A stretch of DNA of 44,710 nucleotides, from positions 1-44,710 of the IMG/VR virus record IMGVR_UViG_3300024254_000012; one strand, given 5' to 3'. How positions within the stretch are numbered: position 1 is the first letter of the stretch; each line of letters starts with the position of its first letter. The notes below the pieces were generated by a model, which was not told where the DNA came from, made no database searches, and saw only the letters and a program-made list of their open reading frames with translations. This document shows positions 15,481 to 26,258 of the stretch, piece after piece. Position numbers and translations under genes: made by a program. This stretch comes from a virus (Duplodnaviria > Caudoviricetes).

Positions 15481-15899
15481 TCTCCGTCGATGTGGTCTGC
15501 GGACGATTTGGTCTTCTCGGCGTTGCCGTTCGTGTTCCTGGGGACAAGCACCTCGTGGAGGGCGGCGACCTCGAGGCGGGTCTCGCGGCAGAGGTGCACG
15601 AGCTCGCGAGTCAGCTCGGTGTTCGCGAAGTGCCGGGCGGCCGCGCTGGCCTCGATCTGCTCGAGCGTTGACCGGAGGGCGCGGATCGCCGCGGTCAGGT
15701 CCATCACGTCGTGCTTGTCGAGCAGCGCGAGGTCCTCGGCGCGCGGCGTCGGAGTCGGCTTGGAGTGCGGACCCAGGCCGTAATCGTGCTCGCCGGCGAT
15801 GGCCGGGACCGTTCGAGGGATGGTGGTCGACCGCTTCCGACGCGGCCGGACGGTGGCGACGGGGATGGGCGACGGACCGGAGCGACGACGAGACGGCAT
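15477..15899 (-). CDS. Hypothetical protein
   Basis: Coupled at both ends; coiled-coil C-terminal half. Confidence 0.55.
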   Translation of the reverse strand: MPSRRRSGPSPIPVATVRPRRKRSTTIPRTVPAIAGEHDYGLGPHSKPTPTPRAEDLALLDKHDVMDLTAAIRALRSTLEQIEASAAARHFANTELTRELVHLCRETRLEVAALHEVLVPRNTNGNAEKTKSSADHIDGE

Positions 15900-16456
15900 C
15901 AGAGCACACCGAGTCGGTGCAGGATCTCGATGGCGCCGCCGCCGGCGACGAGCTTCCAGCTGGCCGACCAGACGGTGGTCCAGCGCTCGCGTCGCGTCTT
16001 GACGGCATGCGCGTCGACGTCGACCTCGGCGAGCTTCTCGTGCTTTTGCTCTTCGATCTTCGCGAGCTGCTCGGCCGTGCCGATCTCGGTCGTCTGCTTG
16101 TACATCAGCTGCTCGCGCTCGGCGTGGCGCTGGTTGGCCTCCTTGAGCGCCTCTTCGATTCGTGGCAGCGCCTCGAGCTTGGTCTCGACGCGGGCAATGG
16201 CCTCACCATGCTCGATGCGCGTCTCGACGAGCGCATCGACCTTCACCTCGAGCTTGTCGAGGCGAATGCTGTGGGGCCGCTTGCGACGCAGCGCCTGCAG
16301 CTCCTCGCCCTCGTACTGGTCGGTGAAGTCTTCGGCAACCTCGTGCGGAACGGCGAGGCTGACGGGGTTGGTCTTCGGCCGCTGGAAGTCGCGGTTGTCG
16401 CGCGGCAAACCCGGGATCGGCGTCGGAGCTCGGCGCTTGTCTCGCTCGTCGGTCAA
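15899..16456 (-). CDS. Coiled-coil protein with a C-terminal hydrophobic anchor (lysis-region membrane protein)
   Basis: TTGA overlap with the tailspike stop; heptads followed by WTTVWSASWKLVAGGGAIEILHRLGVL. Confidence 0.6.
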   Translation of the reverse strand: MTDERDKRRAPTPIPGLPRDNRDFQRPKTNPVSLAVPHEVAEDFTDQYEGEELQALRRKRPHSIRLDKLEVKVDALVETRIEHGEAIARVETKLEALPRIEEALKEANQRHAEREQLMYKQTTEIGTAEQLAKIEEQKHEKLAEVDVDAHAVKTRRERWTTVWSASWKLVAGGGAIEILHRLGVL

Positions 16457-19314
16457 TGGACCCTCACGAAGAACTTCTCTGTGCCCGCGGCCGCCGAGTG
16501 CGAGAGCACGGCGCACACGCCGGGCACGATGTTCGCGACGTAGCCCACGGGCCCGAGCGCGTGGCTCGTCGAATCGACACCGGTCGCCGAGATGCCGCGC
16601 ACGGTGCTCGCGACCGGCGACCAGATCACCGTCTTGTCCGCGGCCGCGGAGCCGCCCTGGAACCAGGTCAGGAACGATTGCGATCCATCGGACGCCTCAG
16701 CGTTCAGGAGGAGAACGCCAACCGTCTGCAGCATGCGAAGGTCTGGTCCGTCCGTGGTCACCCGAAGCACCGCGAGGTAGCAGGCGTTGCCAGCGGTTCC
16801 GCCTGGCGAGTGAACCACCTCGATCATCAGCTTCGGATTGACGTCGCTGCCCGTGTCAACCCACGGGACATAGTCAGCGGTGAAGTCGACGGTGGCGTTG
16901 ATCAGCGCGATCAGAGAGTCGGCGGTATTGAACTCGCCGGCACCCGGGCTCGTGCGCTTGAAGAAGAATCGATGCGAGATCGTGGTGTCGTTCGAGATCC
17001 GAACCTCATCGCCGTCGGTCCACCGAAACGGCAGCGAGTTGTTCGCGTCGGGCTGGCTTCCCTGCAGGTACTCGGTGCCGTAGAACAATCTCGCGCGCGC
17101 CGTTCCGTCGCCGACCGGAACAATCTGCGACTTCCCTCCACCCGTGACATCCCTGAGCTGACTAGATGTGGTCGAGCCGATACCGTTGTCGTCCTCGACG
17201 TAGAACCCGTCTGTGATGACCAGCCAGCGGTTGTCCTTGCCGTTGGCGTACGGCGTGTGCATGAAGCGATTGCCGCGGTACTCCGAAAATGCGTTGCTAA
17301 CGCCGATGATCGACGACCCGTACATCTGGTTGTCGTTGATGGTCGGGTCACGCGAACCGGCCACCTGAATCCCACCGGTCAGATCGCGAAGGATGTTGTT
17401 CGCGATCTTGGTTCCGAACGTGTTGGTGACGATGATCCCGGCTGCCGGGTACGCGTTGTTGTTCACCGCAGCCGTGAGCGTCAGCTCCGAATTGCTCTGC
17501 GACATGGCGAACGTTGCGAAGCTGGCTACGACCACGCGCGTGGTCGACGACCCGTCGTATGGATACGGATCGAACATCGCGTCCTGTCCGTCGCGCAGGA
17601 CGAGGTTCGGTGTGTTGTGCGCGTCTCCGCGTAGCGCGGTGCCGAGGTTCTGGGCTGCAGTCGTGGCGCTGACGCCGATGGTGACCTCGCCGGTCGAGCT
17701 CGCGGCAGCTCGCCACGTGTATGTCTTCGCGCCGACCGTCACGGTGTGCCCGGCCGTCGGAAGCGTGGTCACGTCGATGATCCCGAACCATGGGTGCAGG
17801 TTCGAGATGACGTTGCCGATGATGTTGACGCCGATGGACTTCGAGAGTTCGGATGCGCGGACCGGCGCGCCCGATAGCACCTCGATCGCGGCCGCCAGGC
17901 TCGTGTGCTCCCAGGTTGACAGGATCGTGTTTGGCCCGATCGTCGAGTCCTTCATCCCGTAGGCGAAGATGCTGATGTCGCAATTCTTGAACGTGTTCCC
18001 GACCACCGTGTAGCCGCTGTTGACCGTGTCGTTGTCCGACCCGATCCACATGCCGCCGGCGCAGTGGTAGAACATGTTCCCGGTGATGACGAAGCCCTGC
18101 CGATTGCCGTAGCGCGATGCGCTCGCGCGGATCTGGACCGCGTAGCATCCGGCCGACGTGTCCGAATTGCGGAACACGTTGTTCGCGATGACGCTTCCGT
18201 CGGTCGCACCCGAGAAGTAGACGAAGTGCGATCGCAGCCCCGGCCTGGTGTCGTTGTCGAATACGTTGTCCGTGATGACGGACCGGTATGGCGTGTCGAC
18301 CGAACCCGTGTTGTTCGTGACGCGGTTGTTCGTGAAGATGAACCGACCCGGATCGGTGCCGTCGCTGCCGAACACGAACGGCACACAATGATCGAACGTG
18401 CAGTCGCGGACGGTCGTGTCCTGCACGGTCCCGAGGAGAAAGACGGCGAATCCGTTGTTCGTCAGGTAGGAGTCGTCGTTGGCGCCCTGGAACCCGATGC
18501 CGCTCATTCGGAAGTTCTTCGCGCCCGGATCGCCGCGCAAACAGATGGTGGTCTGCGATGGCCATACGATCGTCGCGTTGTTCCCGATGATCTGGAGACC
18601 GTCGAACGCGAAGAGCAAACACCAGCTGTGGCTGAGGTCCGCGCCGCCCGCCTGCGTCACCTTGTAGGTGCCGGGCGGAAACCAGACGGGGAGCTTCGAG
18701 ATCGCGGCGGCATCGAGCGCGGCCTGGATTCCTGCCGTGGAATCGCCGACGCCGGTCGGGTCGGCGTCGTAGGGCGCGGCCGTCACGTCGATCACCGTCG
18801 CGACGCCCGACGTTGCAGAAATGGTGACCGCGCCGGTCGGCCCGCTGATCGAGATGTTCGCGCCGGCGACGATCGAGGTGACTCCACTGCCACCGGTGCT
18901 CGTTGATCCAGCGGTCAGGAGCATCTCGGTCGTCGATAGCCCGACTCCGACCTGGACGCCAATCGCTGGCTTGGTCCGCGTGAGCATCCCGCCAGTCGTA
19001 GCGCTCACATAGTACGGGACCGCCTGCAGTCCACCGCTGTCACCGGTGACGAGGTCCCACTGCGCGGTGGTTCCGACAACGACCCCCGTGATCTGCACGC
19101 CGCCGAGCTCGCCGGCGTTGATCGACGGATCGGACACCACGCCGATCGCTGCGCTCGTGCCGAGGACATTCGCCTTGGCACGAGCGAACCCGCCAACGGC
19201 GTCGTTGTAGACGCACGTCCCGAACGACACCGTGCTCAGCTCGTGATTGACGAGTAACGTCGACGGATTCGCCGGTGTTACGAGCGGTGTCGCTGCGCCT
19301 CCGCCGAACCCCAC
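16453..19314 (-). CDS. Tailspike/fibre with a pectate-lyase-3-like right-handed beta-helix (putative depolymerase)
   Basis: VIDVTAAPYDADPTGVGDSTAGIQAALDAA...VWFPPGTYKV followed by many I.NN.F / V.GN.F beta-helix rungs. Confidence 0.85.
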   Translation of the reverse strand: MGFGGGAATPLVTPANPSTLLVNHELSTVSFGTCVYNDAVGGFARAKANVLGTSAAIGVVSDPSINAGELGGVQITGVVVGTTAQWDLVTGDSGGLQAVPYYVSATTGGMLTRTKPAIGVQVGVGLSTTEMLLTAGSTSTGGSGVTSIVAGANISISGPTGAVTISATSGVATVIDVTAAPYDADPTGVGDSTAGIQAALDAAAISKLPVWFPPGTYKVTQAGGADLSHSWCLLFAFDGLQIIGNNATIVWPSQTTICLRGDPGAKNFRMSGIGFQGANDDSYLTNNGFAVFLLGTVQDTTVRDCTFDHCVPFVFGSDGTDPGRFIFTNNRVTNNTGSVDTPYRSVITDNVFDNDTRPGLRSHFVYFSGATDGSVIANNVFRNSDTSAGCYAVQIRASASRYGNRQGFVITGNMFYHCAGGMWIGSDNDTVNSGYTVVGNTFKNCDISIFAYGMKDSTIGPNTILSTWEHTSLAAAIEVLSGAPVRASELSKSIGVNIIGNVISNLHPWFGIIDVTTLPTAGHTVTVGAKTYTWRAAASSTGEVTIGVSATTAAQNLGTALRGDAHNTPNLVLRDGQDAMFDPYPYDGSSTTRVVVASFATFAMSQSNSELTLTAAVNNNAYPAAGIIVTNTFGTKIANNILRDLTGGIQVAGSRDPTINDNQMYGSSIIGVSNAFSEYRGNRFMHTPYANGKDNRWLVITDGFYVEDDNGIGSTTSSQLRDVTGGGKSQIVPVGDGTARARLFYGTEYLQGSQPDANNSLPFRWTDGDEVRISNDTTISHRFFFKRTSPGAGEFNTADSLIALINATVDFTADYVPWVDTGSDVNPKLMIEVVHSPGGTAGNACYLAVLRVTTDGPDLRMLQTVGVLLLNAEASDGSQSFLTWFQGGSAAADKTVIWSPVASTVRGISATGVDSTSHALGPVGYVANIVPGVCAVLSHSAAAGTEKFFVRVH

Positions 19315-19315
19315 G

Positions 19316-20508
19316 TCAGCTCCACGCCACCGTCCACCCGAGGGTGGTCAGCAGGGTCTTGATCTGCGCGTTCGACATCTCGGCCGCCGCGCCGAAGAAT
19401 TCGACGCCGTAGAGAAACCCTGCGCTCGGGGCCGCCCAGGTGCTGGCGTTGTTACCCCCGATGACGCTGCCCTTTCCGACGTGGGCGCCGAGCGTGTTCG
19501 TGATCTTGTCCGCGTCCGTGAAGACGTACGGCACCCCTGCCGTCACGTTCACCTGCACCACCAGCGGATGCACGCCGGTCGTCGCGGTGGCCGCGGCCTG
19601 GCTGGTGACGCCGTTCTGCGCGAGCGCTACCTTCGCCGGGTTCGAGCTCGGCGCGCTCTCGCCGGCGATCTGCGAGCCGTACGCGCCACCGAGCGTAACG
19701 ATGCTTCTCTCCGTTGCGCCGAACGACGCGGGGAGATTGACGTATGCGAGAAAAAGCGCGCTGGTCGTGCTGATGTCCGGTAGTCCGGAATCGGAGCACG
19801 CGAAGTCCAGGGTCGAATTGTCGGTCGTCGTGGTCGCCGTCCGCGTCCAGCCGGAAACGGCCTGCTGATAGCTGCCGCCGGCGTGGCCGTTCGAAACGAG
19901 CGTGAACGCGCCGATGCTGTCGGCGAGGTCGCCTGACGCTTCCTGCATCAACCACAACGCGGATGGGTTGCCGGTGGCGAGCCCGGCGATCGTCATGACA
20001 TGCGTCCACTCGGTAGCGCTCGCGGGCACGCGGATACCGCTGGTCGCATCCTTCGACACGAGCAACACGCTTGCCGCGTCGGGCGTTGCGGTGCTCGTCG
20101 ACGCGTTGCTCGCGGCGCAGGTCGCAGACGTGCTGGCGGTGGCAGTGGCGTTGCCCGTCGTGACGTTGATCGTGATTGTGGGCGCGGCGCCGTGCGCCAT
20201 CGTGGCGCGCGTGCAGGTGACGACCTGACCGACCGAGCTGCAGGCCCAGCCCGAACCCGAGCTCGAGACGTAGGTGAGCGACGCATCGAGCGTGACCGTG
20301 ACGGTGACGCTGGTCGCCGCGGCAGAGCCCGTGGTGGTCGCGACCACAGAAAGCACGAGCGCCGCCAGGGTCATCACCGGCCCGTTGTCAGTGATCGCGA
20401 TCGTCGTGGTCGTCGATGTCGTGCCCGACGACCCGGTGTCATCGGCGAGTGCGCCCACGACAGCGCCGACGACGGCGCCCGCCTTGAGGCCGACGTTCAA
20501 CGAAGCAT
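19316..20508 (-). CDS. Virion fibre/adhesin with DUF11-like Ig and LamG-like domains
   Basis: VTVTVTLDASLTYVSSSGSGWACS...VTCT (DUF11-like) and ALWLMQEASGDLADSIG (LamG-like). Start is either TTG at 20500 or ATG at 20508 with one missing base. Confidence 0.7.
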
Positions 20509-20522
20509 GTGAACGTGCTGGG

Positions 20523-21008
20523 TCATGCTTGCTTGCCGTGGGGGTGGACGCGGATGAACCCTCCAGTCGTCGTGACGATCTTCATGCGCGCGCGGCGGCT
20601 GTTCGCGTTTGCGATCTCGAACATCGCCCCACCAGCTGTGCCGCCCGCGATCGCGAGCGTCATGTTCGTGACGGTCCCGCCCGTTGTCACCGGCACGTAT
20701 GCCGAACTCGGGTCCTCCGTGAGCCAATTCCCAGCAGTGGAATCGACCAGGGAGACATCAGCGGAGCCGCTCGAGTCCGTGTACGGAGCGCTCTCGCTCT
20801 TGTACGCCGGCAGGTTCGACGTCTGGTAGTTCACGCTCGTCGCCACGATCGTCGCGTCCCACGTGACGTGAACCGAGACGTGATCGGCGTCCGGAATGCC
20901 GACGTCGACGTAGTACGTGCCGACGTCGAGCTTGAATCCGGACCCGATCTCGTACGGCACCTTCGTACCGTCGGACTTCACAGCGATCAGAGGGGACTTG
21001 ACGAACAT
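20523..21008 (-). CDS. Hypothetical virion protein (beta-rich)
   Basis: AGGAG RBS; Thr/Gly/Val-rich; lies between the ejection and fibre genes. Confidence 0.7.
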   Translation of the reverse strand: MFVKSPLIAVKSDGTKVPYEIGSGFKLDVGTYYVDVGIPDADHVSVHVTWDATIVATSVNYQTSNLPAYKSESAPYTDSSGSADVSLVDSTAGNWLTEDPSSAYVPVTTGGTVTNMTLAIAGGTAGGAMFEIANANSRRARMKIVTTTGGFIRVHPHGKQA

Positions 21009-21012
21009 GACG

Positions 21013-23841
21013 CTAGCTCCTATCGAGCCGGGTGAGAGTACGATCCCCGACCGACATCGACGATGTCAAGGTCGGATGCGGAGGCGCAACGCCGGTGCTC
21101 GGCGCCATCGGCTGCGCACTGCCGGCCTGCAGATACGCGGCGTGATCGGGTCGCAGGGTCGCGTCCATCGGAATCCCGGTCAGCGACGAGACGGCGATCC
21201 GCCGCATGTACGGCAAGGGCGCGTCGGCCTTCGACAGCTTGTCGATCAACGTGCGTTGCGCGGCCGCGGCGAGCTGCGGATAGCAGTTCTGGATGCAGTC
21301 GACCTCCGCGGGCCGAGCGACGCCACCGTTGGCGACCCGCTCGTAGATCGCGGGCGGGTCGTGATAGGCGGCGAGGGATGTGCCGAACGTCAGCATCTCG
21401 ACCCTCGACGGAAGGAGCTGCGGCTGGCCCGGCATGGGCGCGCCGTCGGGCTTGGGCGCGATGTTGTACAGGTACGTGAGCCGACGTGTCTCCGCCGCGA
21501 TGATCGCGTTGAGGATTGTCGGATCGCTCGCGTTGATCCGCGCCTTCACGGCCTGCTCGATCGCGCCAGGCTGCATCGCCGCGGACAGCTCTCCGAGTCG
21601 GGCGGTGTAGAGCTTGCCGATGTCCCCTTCGACGGGCTTGCTCGAGTACGGCGACTTCTGGCCGTCGTCGAACAGCTTGTGTCCGAGCGCGGCCGCGGGC
21701 GCCCCGAGTTCGCCAGCCTTCGCGGCGATCCGATCCGAGGTGTTCTCGAGCGCTCGGCCGATCGCCGCGTTGATGCGGTCCTGCGTCTCGACGGCCTTCG
21801 CCGCGATCGTGGTCTCGGCGCTCGCCGCCAGCGAGCCGCCCCACTTGCCGGCGAGCTTCGACACGAGCTTCGCCTTGAGGAACGTCGACAAGATCGGACC
21901 GACGACCGGGATGCCCTTGATGTCGGGGAGCGGCAGTCCGAGCCCGCGCAGCATCTCGTACGCAGCGCCCATGTTGGCCGCGTTCTTCGCGAACCCGCCG
22001 ATCGCCGGCTTGGCACCCGGCATCCGTTCGGCGGGCACGCCGCGCGTGAGCTTGTCGAGGCTCTCGACGGTCTGCGCCGTGGCGCCCGCATTCGAGTTGG
22101 CGGCCTGCTGCTGCGCCGCTCGGAACTGCTGCGCGTGGGCAACGGCGTCGGGTGATGCCTTCTCGCCGAGCGCTTCGGTGAGGTTCGCCTTGGCAGCCTC
22201 GTAGCGCGTGATCTTGGGCGCGAGATCGGCGATGTCCTCGTTGACGTCCTTGGACTTGCCGAGCGCGTTCGCGACGGCGGTATCCGGATCGACGGGCTTC
22301 TCGACGCCCTGGAGGATGCGCTGGCCGAGCGAGAGCGGCTTGCCCGCGTCGAGCGCCGCCTTCGTGCCCTGCAGCTGCGCGAGCAGATCGCCTGCCGCCT
22401 CGGGCGTCTTGGCGAGCGACTGGATCATGTCGGCCCGAGCCTCCGCGAGCTCGCGGATCTGGCTCGTGAGCTTCTGTGACGCGGCCGCCCGGATGTCGAC
22501 GATCGGCTGGCCGGCCTTGTATGCGGCGTAGACGTCGTCCATGGCCCGCGCAGCGGCGCGCCGGCCGGCGTACGTCGCGCGCGCCATCAGCTCGGCACCC
22601 GAGGTCGAGACGTTCGCACCCTGCGCGGTGGCGTCGAGATACGCCCCGTGCGACGCCTTCGCGGCCGCATCGCGCGCGACCTTCTGGACCGCCTTGGGCA
22701 CGTCGGAGGTGCCACCGACGCGGACATCTGCCGGCGTCCGCATCGGGTCCTGTGGGGTCGAGAAGTACGCCTTGATCGTCTCGTCCTCCGGCGTCTTGGG
22801 CTCGAAGTCCTGAGCCCACTCGGAGAGTCGCTGACGTCGTGATGCCGCCGTGGCTGCGTCGTACTCGACGGCACCAGCCGGATACTTCTCGCGCCACGCG
22901 CTCATCAGCTCGCGCGGATCCTTCGGCGGCTGCGCCTTCGGCAGCGTCGTCTCGCCGGTGATCGGATCCACGGGTGGACCGGCGAGCGAGGTCTCTTCGA
23001 CGGTCCGTCCCTTGGCGGCCCGCTCGAGCGCGGCCGCGCGCTCCTGCTCGAGGTCCTGAATGAACTGCTGGGTCTCGCGGTCCGCCTGCGTGGCGGCCTG
23101 CTGGCCGGTTCGCTCGAGGCTCGTCGACGTGTCGACCGAGTCGCTGATCGCACGGCGCGCACCGAACTTCGTGGCCGCGACCGCCTCGGGCGTCAGCTCT
23201 TCGACCGGGAACAAGCGCCGCGCGGCGACGAGCCCGTTGCTCGCGACCGACAGCGCCCCGCCGGCGACGCCGCCGTAGAGCGCGCCCTTACCCATCGCGC
23301 CGAGGAATCCCTCGGCCGACAGGTCACGATCGCCGAGGGCAACATCCGAGATGTAGCCGCCGGCGCTCTGTGCCGCACCCTCGAAGGCACCGGCGGCCGC
23401 GGTGCCGAGGATCCCCGGCGAGCCTTCGGCGATGCGTGAGCCGATGCGGGTTGTGAATCCGGCGGGCGTCAGGCTCGCGAGGCCGGCCTCGTCACCTAAC
23501 AATGCGGGTGCGATCGCGCCAGCGAGCTGTCCAGCGCCCGCTGCGTACGGATGCTCCTCGCGTAGCGCCTGGAGGTCCTGGCCGGCGCCGAGCCCCGACA
23601 GCGCGGCATCGGATAGCCCAAGTGTCGCGCCGCTGAGGGCATTCGCACCGAACGCCGCGACGGTACCGACCGGGCCGCCGTAGGTCTCGTACCTCGCGTC
23701 GACGCGAACACGCTCTGCAGCCGCGTCGGACTGCTCGGGTCGCCATCCGCGCGCGAGCAGCGCACCGGCCTGGCTGGCGGGGGCGGTGATCGTCTGGTCG
23801 TGATCATCGACGAGGTTGACGGTGCCGCTCTCGTCCGGCAT
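21013..23841 (-). CDS. Large internal virion / DNA-ejection protein
   Basis: 942 aa, Ala/Gly-rich with glycine-zipper-like hydrophobic segments; third of three genes after the nozzle, as in T7/P22-type podoviruses. Confidence 0.7.
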   Translation of the reverse strand: MPDESGTVNLVDDHDQTITAPASQAGALLARGWRPEQSDAAAERVRVDARYETYGGPVGTVAAFGANALSGATLGLSDAALSGLGAGQDLQALREEHPYAAGAGQLAGAIAPALLGDEAGLASLTPAGFTTRIGSRIAEGSPGILGTAAAGAFEGAAQSAGGYISDVALGDRDLSAEGFLGAMGKGALYGGVAGGALSVASNGLVAARRLFPVEELTPEAVAATKFGARRAISDSVDTSTSLERTGQQAATQADRETQQFIQDLEQERAAALERAAKGRTVEETSLAGPPVDPITGETTLPKAQPPKDPRELMSAWREKYPAGAVEYDAATAASRRQRLSEWAQDFEPKTPEDETIKAYFSTPQDPMRTPADVRVGGTSDVPKAVQKVARDAAAKASHGAYLDATAQGANVSTSGAELMARATYAGRRAAARAMDDVYAAYKAGQPIVDIRAAASQKLTSQIRELAEARADMIQSLAKTPEAAGDLLAQLQGTKAALDAGKPLSLGQRILQGVEKPVDPDTAVANALGKSKDVNEDIADLAPKITRYEAAKANLTEALGEKASPDAVAHAQQFRAAQQQAANSNAGATAQTVESLDKLTRGVPAERMPGAKPAIGGFAKNAANMGAAYEMLRGLGLPLPDIKGIPVVGPILSTFLKAKLVSKLAGKWGGSLAASAETTIAAKAVETQDRINAAIGRALENTSDRIAAKAGELGAPAAALGHKLFDDGQKSPYSSKPVEGDIGKLYTARLGELSAAMQPGAIEQAVKARINASDPTILNAIIAAETRRLTYLYNIAPKPDGAPMPGQPQLLPSRVEMLTFGTSLAAYHDPPAIYERVANGGVARPAEVDCIQNCYPQLAAAAQRTLIDKLSKADAPLPYMRRIAVSSLTGIPMDATLRPDHAAYLQAGSAQPMAPSTGVAPPHPTLTSSMSVGDRTLTRLDRS

Positions 23842-26258
23842 TACCGCCCGCCCTTCTGTTGGACGAGAAGCACGATCTCTTTCTTGGCCTGCTTGTCGCC
23901 GGCGTCGGCACGGCGAAGGATCTCGCGCTGCGCATCGACTCGTTCGTGGCTTCCCTCCGGGGCGATATGCGCTTGCTGGGCGAGCGAGTCGAGCGGAACC
24001 GACTCGAGCATGCGTTGTGCCGGTGCTGTCTGCGCCGTGCCACCGTACGAGGTGTCGCGTGCGGTCGAGCTCGAGCTCGTGCCGGGATCCTCGGACGGCA
24101 TCGCGCCGCCGGCGCGCACGTTGACCATCGCCTGCGTGGCTGCCGCACGTGCATAGCTGCGGATCGCCGGGCTCTGCGAGCTCTCGGCCGCCTTGTTGAG
24201 GAACTCGGTCGCACGCGCGCGGTCCTTCTCGGACACACGTGGATCCGAGATCGCCTGCGCGAAGCTGTCGAGCTTGGCCTTCTGGGACGGCAGGATCGTC
24301 TCGTCCTTGTCGAACCCCTGCCGGATCTGCTCCGCGCGCCGGTCACGCTCCTGGTAGCCGAGACCCTGCTTGAGCGCATCGGTCGGATCGATGTTGAGTT
24401 CCTTGCCGTAGTCCTCGGCCTTCGGGCGCTTCATCACGCTGTCGAGCGCATCCTCGTCGGGTGCGCGGACCACGTTCATCTTGAGCGGATCGGGGAACGA
24501 CAGATCGTCGCCGGTATAGCCGCCCTTCGCGCGCAGGTGGCTGTTGAGGTCCTTCACCATGTTGCCGCGTGCGCGATCGAGCTCGGGCATGATGCTCTGC
24601 AACACCGAGGTCGGATCGGCGCCGCCGGTGACCTGCTCCTTCATCACCTCCATGATGTTGCCGCGGAAGCCGGTGATGCCCGAAGCCTCGTGCATGCCGA
24701 TCAGTGTGCGCTCGAGCTCCATCGCCTTCGCGCGCGCGTCGGGGCTGAGGTTCGTGAAGTTGCCGCCGTTCTCGGAGCGCAGACGCCGGAGCTCGTCGAG
24801 CGCGTCGATCGCCTGGACGGTGCCGGCGTAGCGAGACCGGATCTCCTTGGCTTCCTCCTTCGGCATGATGTATGGCGCCTTGTCCTGCTGGACGAGGTAG
24901 TCGAACTTCGGCTTCATCGTGCCATCGGGCGCGGTGATCGTACCGGACGGCGCCATCAGTCCCTGGTCGGTGAGTTGCGCGGCGGTCGCGGCACCACCCT
25001 TGGCGCCGAGTTCGGCGACCTTCAGAGCGAAGTCGCGATCGTTCTGCTTGAGCGAGTCCTCGTGTTGCTTCTGGGCGAGCGCGAGATGGCCGTACGCGAC
25101 GCCGAGCGTCGCCCGCTTGTCGGCCTCTTCCTGCGCCTCACGGATCGCGGCGGCCTTGCGCTGCGCCTCGCCCATCGTGATCGACGCAGCCTTCTGCATC
25201 AGGCCGGCCTGCAACTGATCGGCGCGGGCCTTGGCGGCTGGGTTAGCGTATTGCGCTTTGATTAATCCGATCTCGTCGGCGGTCCGGGTGAGTTCGGCCG
25301 CGCGCTGGAACTGCATCGCCTGGCGATCGTCGTCGGTGTTGTGGCGGTACTCGTCGAGGACGCTCTTCGTGCCCTGTGCCGTCTCGCCGAGCGACTTCTT
25401 CTGCGCCCACTGGTCATTGATGCGCTTGTCGATCGAGTCGTTGATGATCTGTAACGCAGTGTTGGGGCCGTGCCTGTGATCGAGGGCATCGCCGATGCCC
25501 GACAGCGCGATCGCGATCAGGCCACCAGTACTGACGCTGCGGTTCGTGTCGACCTTGTAGTCGGCGGCGTCCTTGATCTGCTGCGCGTAGAGCTGCGTGT
25601 ACTTCGCGGTGTTCGCCTGGTCCTGGGCAGCCTTCGCGACGTCGATCGCGTCCTGCTTGGCCTGGCGAGCGCGGGACGCCTGCCGCGCCGATGTCGTCGC
25701 GGTGTTCTGCGCCTGCTCGGCAGCAAGGGCGTCGGTGGCCGATTGGCGCTCTTTGTCGAGTGCCGCACGCTGCTGATCGTCAGCGCGTTGTGCGATGCCC
25801 TCGGGCGTCATGCGAAATGCGGCCTGCGCCTTCGCATGTGCGGCATTCTGCGCAACGTCGCCGACGAACTGCGCTGGCGCGACGCGAGCGTCATCGGGCG
25901 GTGCTGAAGCCTGTCCAGGTTGTGTCACGGGGCCGGTCGTCACAACAACCGGTGGTGTCGCGACCACAGGCACGGGCGGCGTCGTCGCGATCTGATCAGG
26001 TGATGTAATGGGCTCCGACCCGCTGGGAGGCGGTGTCTCGGGCGGTGCGATCGGTGCCAACGGCATCGGCGGCGGCACGAATCCGTTCTGCACGCCCGCA
26101 AGCACCTGCGGAGGCAGGCCGTAGCTCTGCGTCTGGTCGGGCGATGCCGTGATCTGCTCCGGCGGTGGCGCGATCGGGCCACCGGGCGGCATTCCACCGC
26201 CCTGCAGGTAGCCGACGATTGTCGGATCGAGCCCGCCGTATTCCGGGATATCAGCCAC
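23841..26258 (-). CDS. Internal virion / DNA-ejection protein
   Basis: 805 aa; Pro-rich N-terminus, long coiled coil and a GGLIAIALSGIG segment. Confidence 0.7.
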   Translation of the reverse strand: MADIPEYGGLDPTIVGYLQGGGMPPGGPIAPPPEQITASPDQTQSYGLPPQVLAGVQNGFVPPPMPLAPIAPPETPPPSGSEPITSPDQIATTPPVPVVATPPVVVTTGPVTQPGQASAPPDDARVAPAQFVGDVAQNAAHAKAQAAFRMTPEGIAQRADDQQRAALDKERQSATDALAAEQAQNTATTSARQASRARQAKQDAIDVAKAAQDQANTAKYTQLYAQQIKDAADYKVDTNRSVSTGGLIAIALSGIGDALDHRHGPNTALQIINDSIDKRINDQWAQKKSLGETAQGTKSVLDEYRHNTDDDRQAMQFQRAAELTRTADEIGLIKAQYANPAAKARADQLQAGLMQKAASITMGEAQRKAAAIREAQEEADKRATLGVAYGHLALAQKQHEDSLKQNDRDFALKVAELGAKGGAATAAQLTDQGLMAPSGTITAPDGTMKPKFDYLVQQDKAPYIMPKEEAKEIRSRYAGTVQAIDALDELRRLRSENGGNFTNLSPDARAKAMELERTLIGMHEASGITGFRGNIMEVMKEQVTGGADPTSVLQSIMPELDRARGNMVKDLNSHLRAKGGYTGDDLSFPDPLKMNVVRAPDEDALDSVMKRPKAEDYGKELNIDPTDALKQGLGYQERDRRAEQIRQGFDKDETILPSQKAKLDSFAQAISDPRVSEKDRARATEFLNKAAESSQSPAIRSYARAAATQAMVNVRAGGAMPSEDPGTSSSSTARDTSYGGTAQTAPAQRMLESVPLDSLAQQAHIAPEGSHERVDAQREILRRADAGDKQAKKEIVLLVQQKGGR

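Noticed and set aside
21013-26258. Tape measure protein or contractile tail system
   Set aside because: No tube, sheath, baseplate or tail chaperone genes were seen. The adaptor-nozzle-three-protein order fits podovirus ejection proteins.
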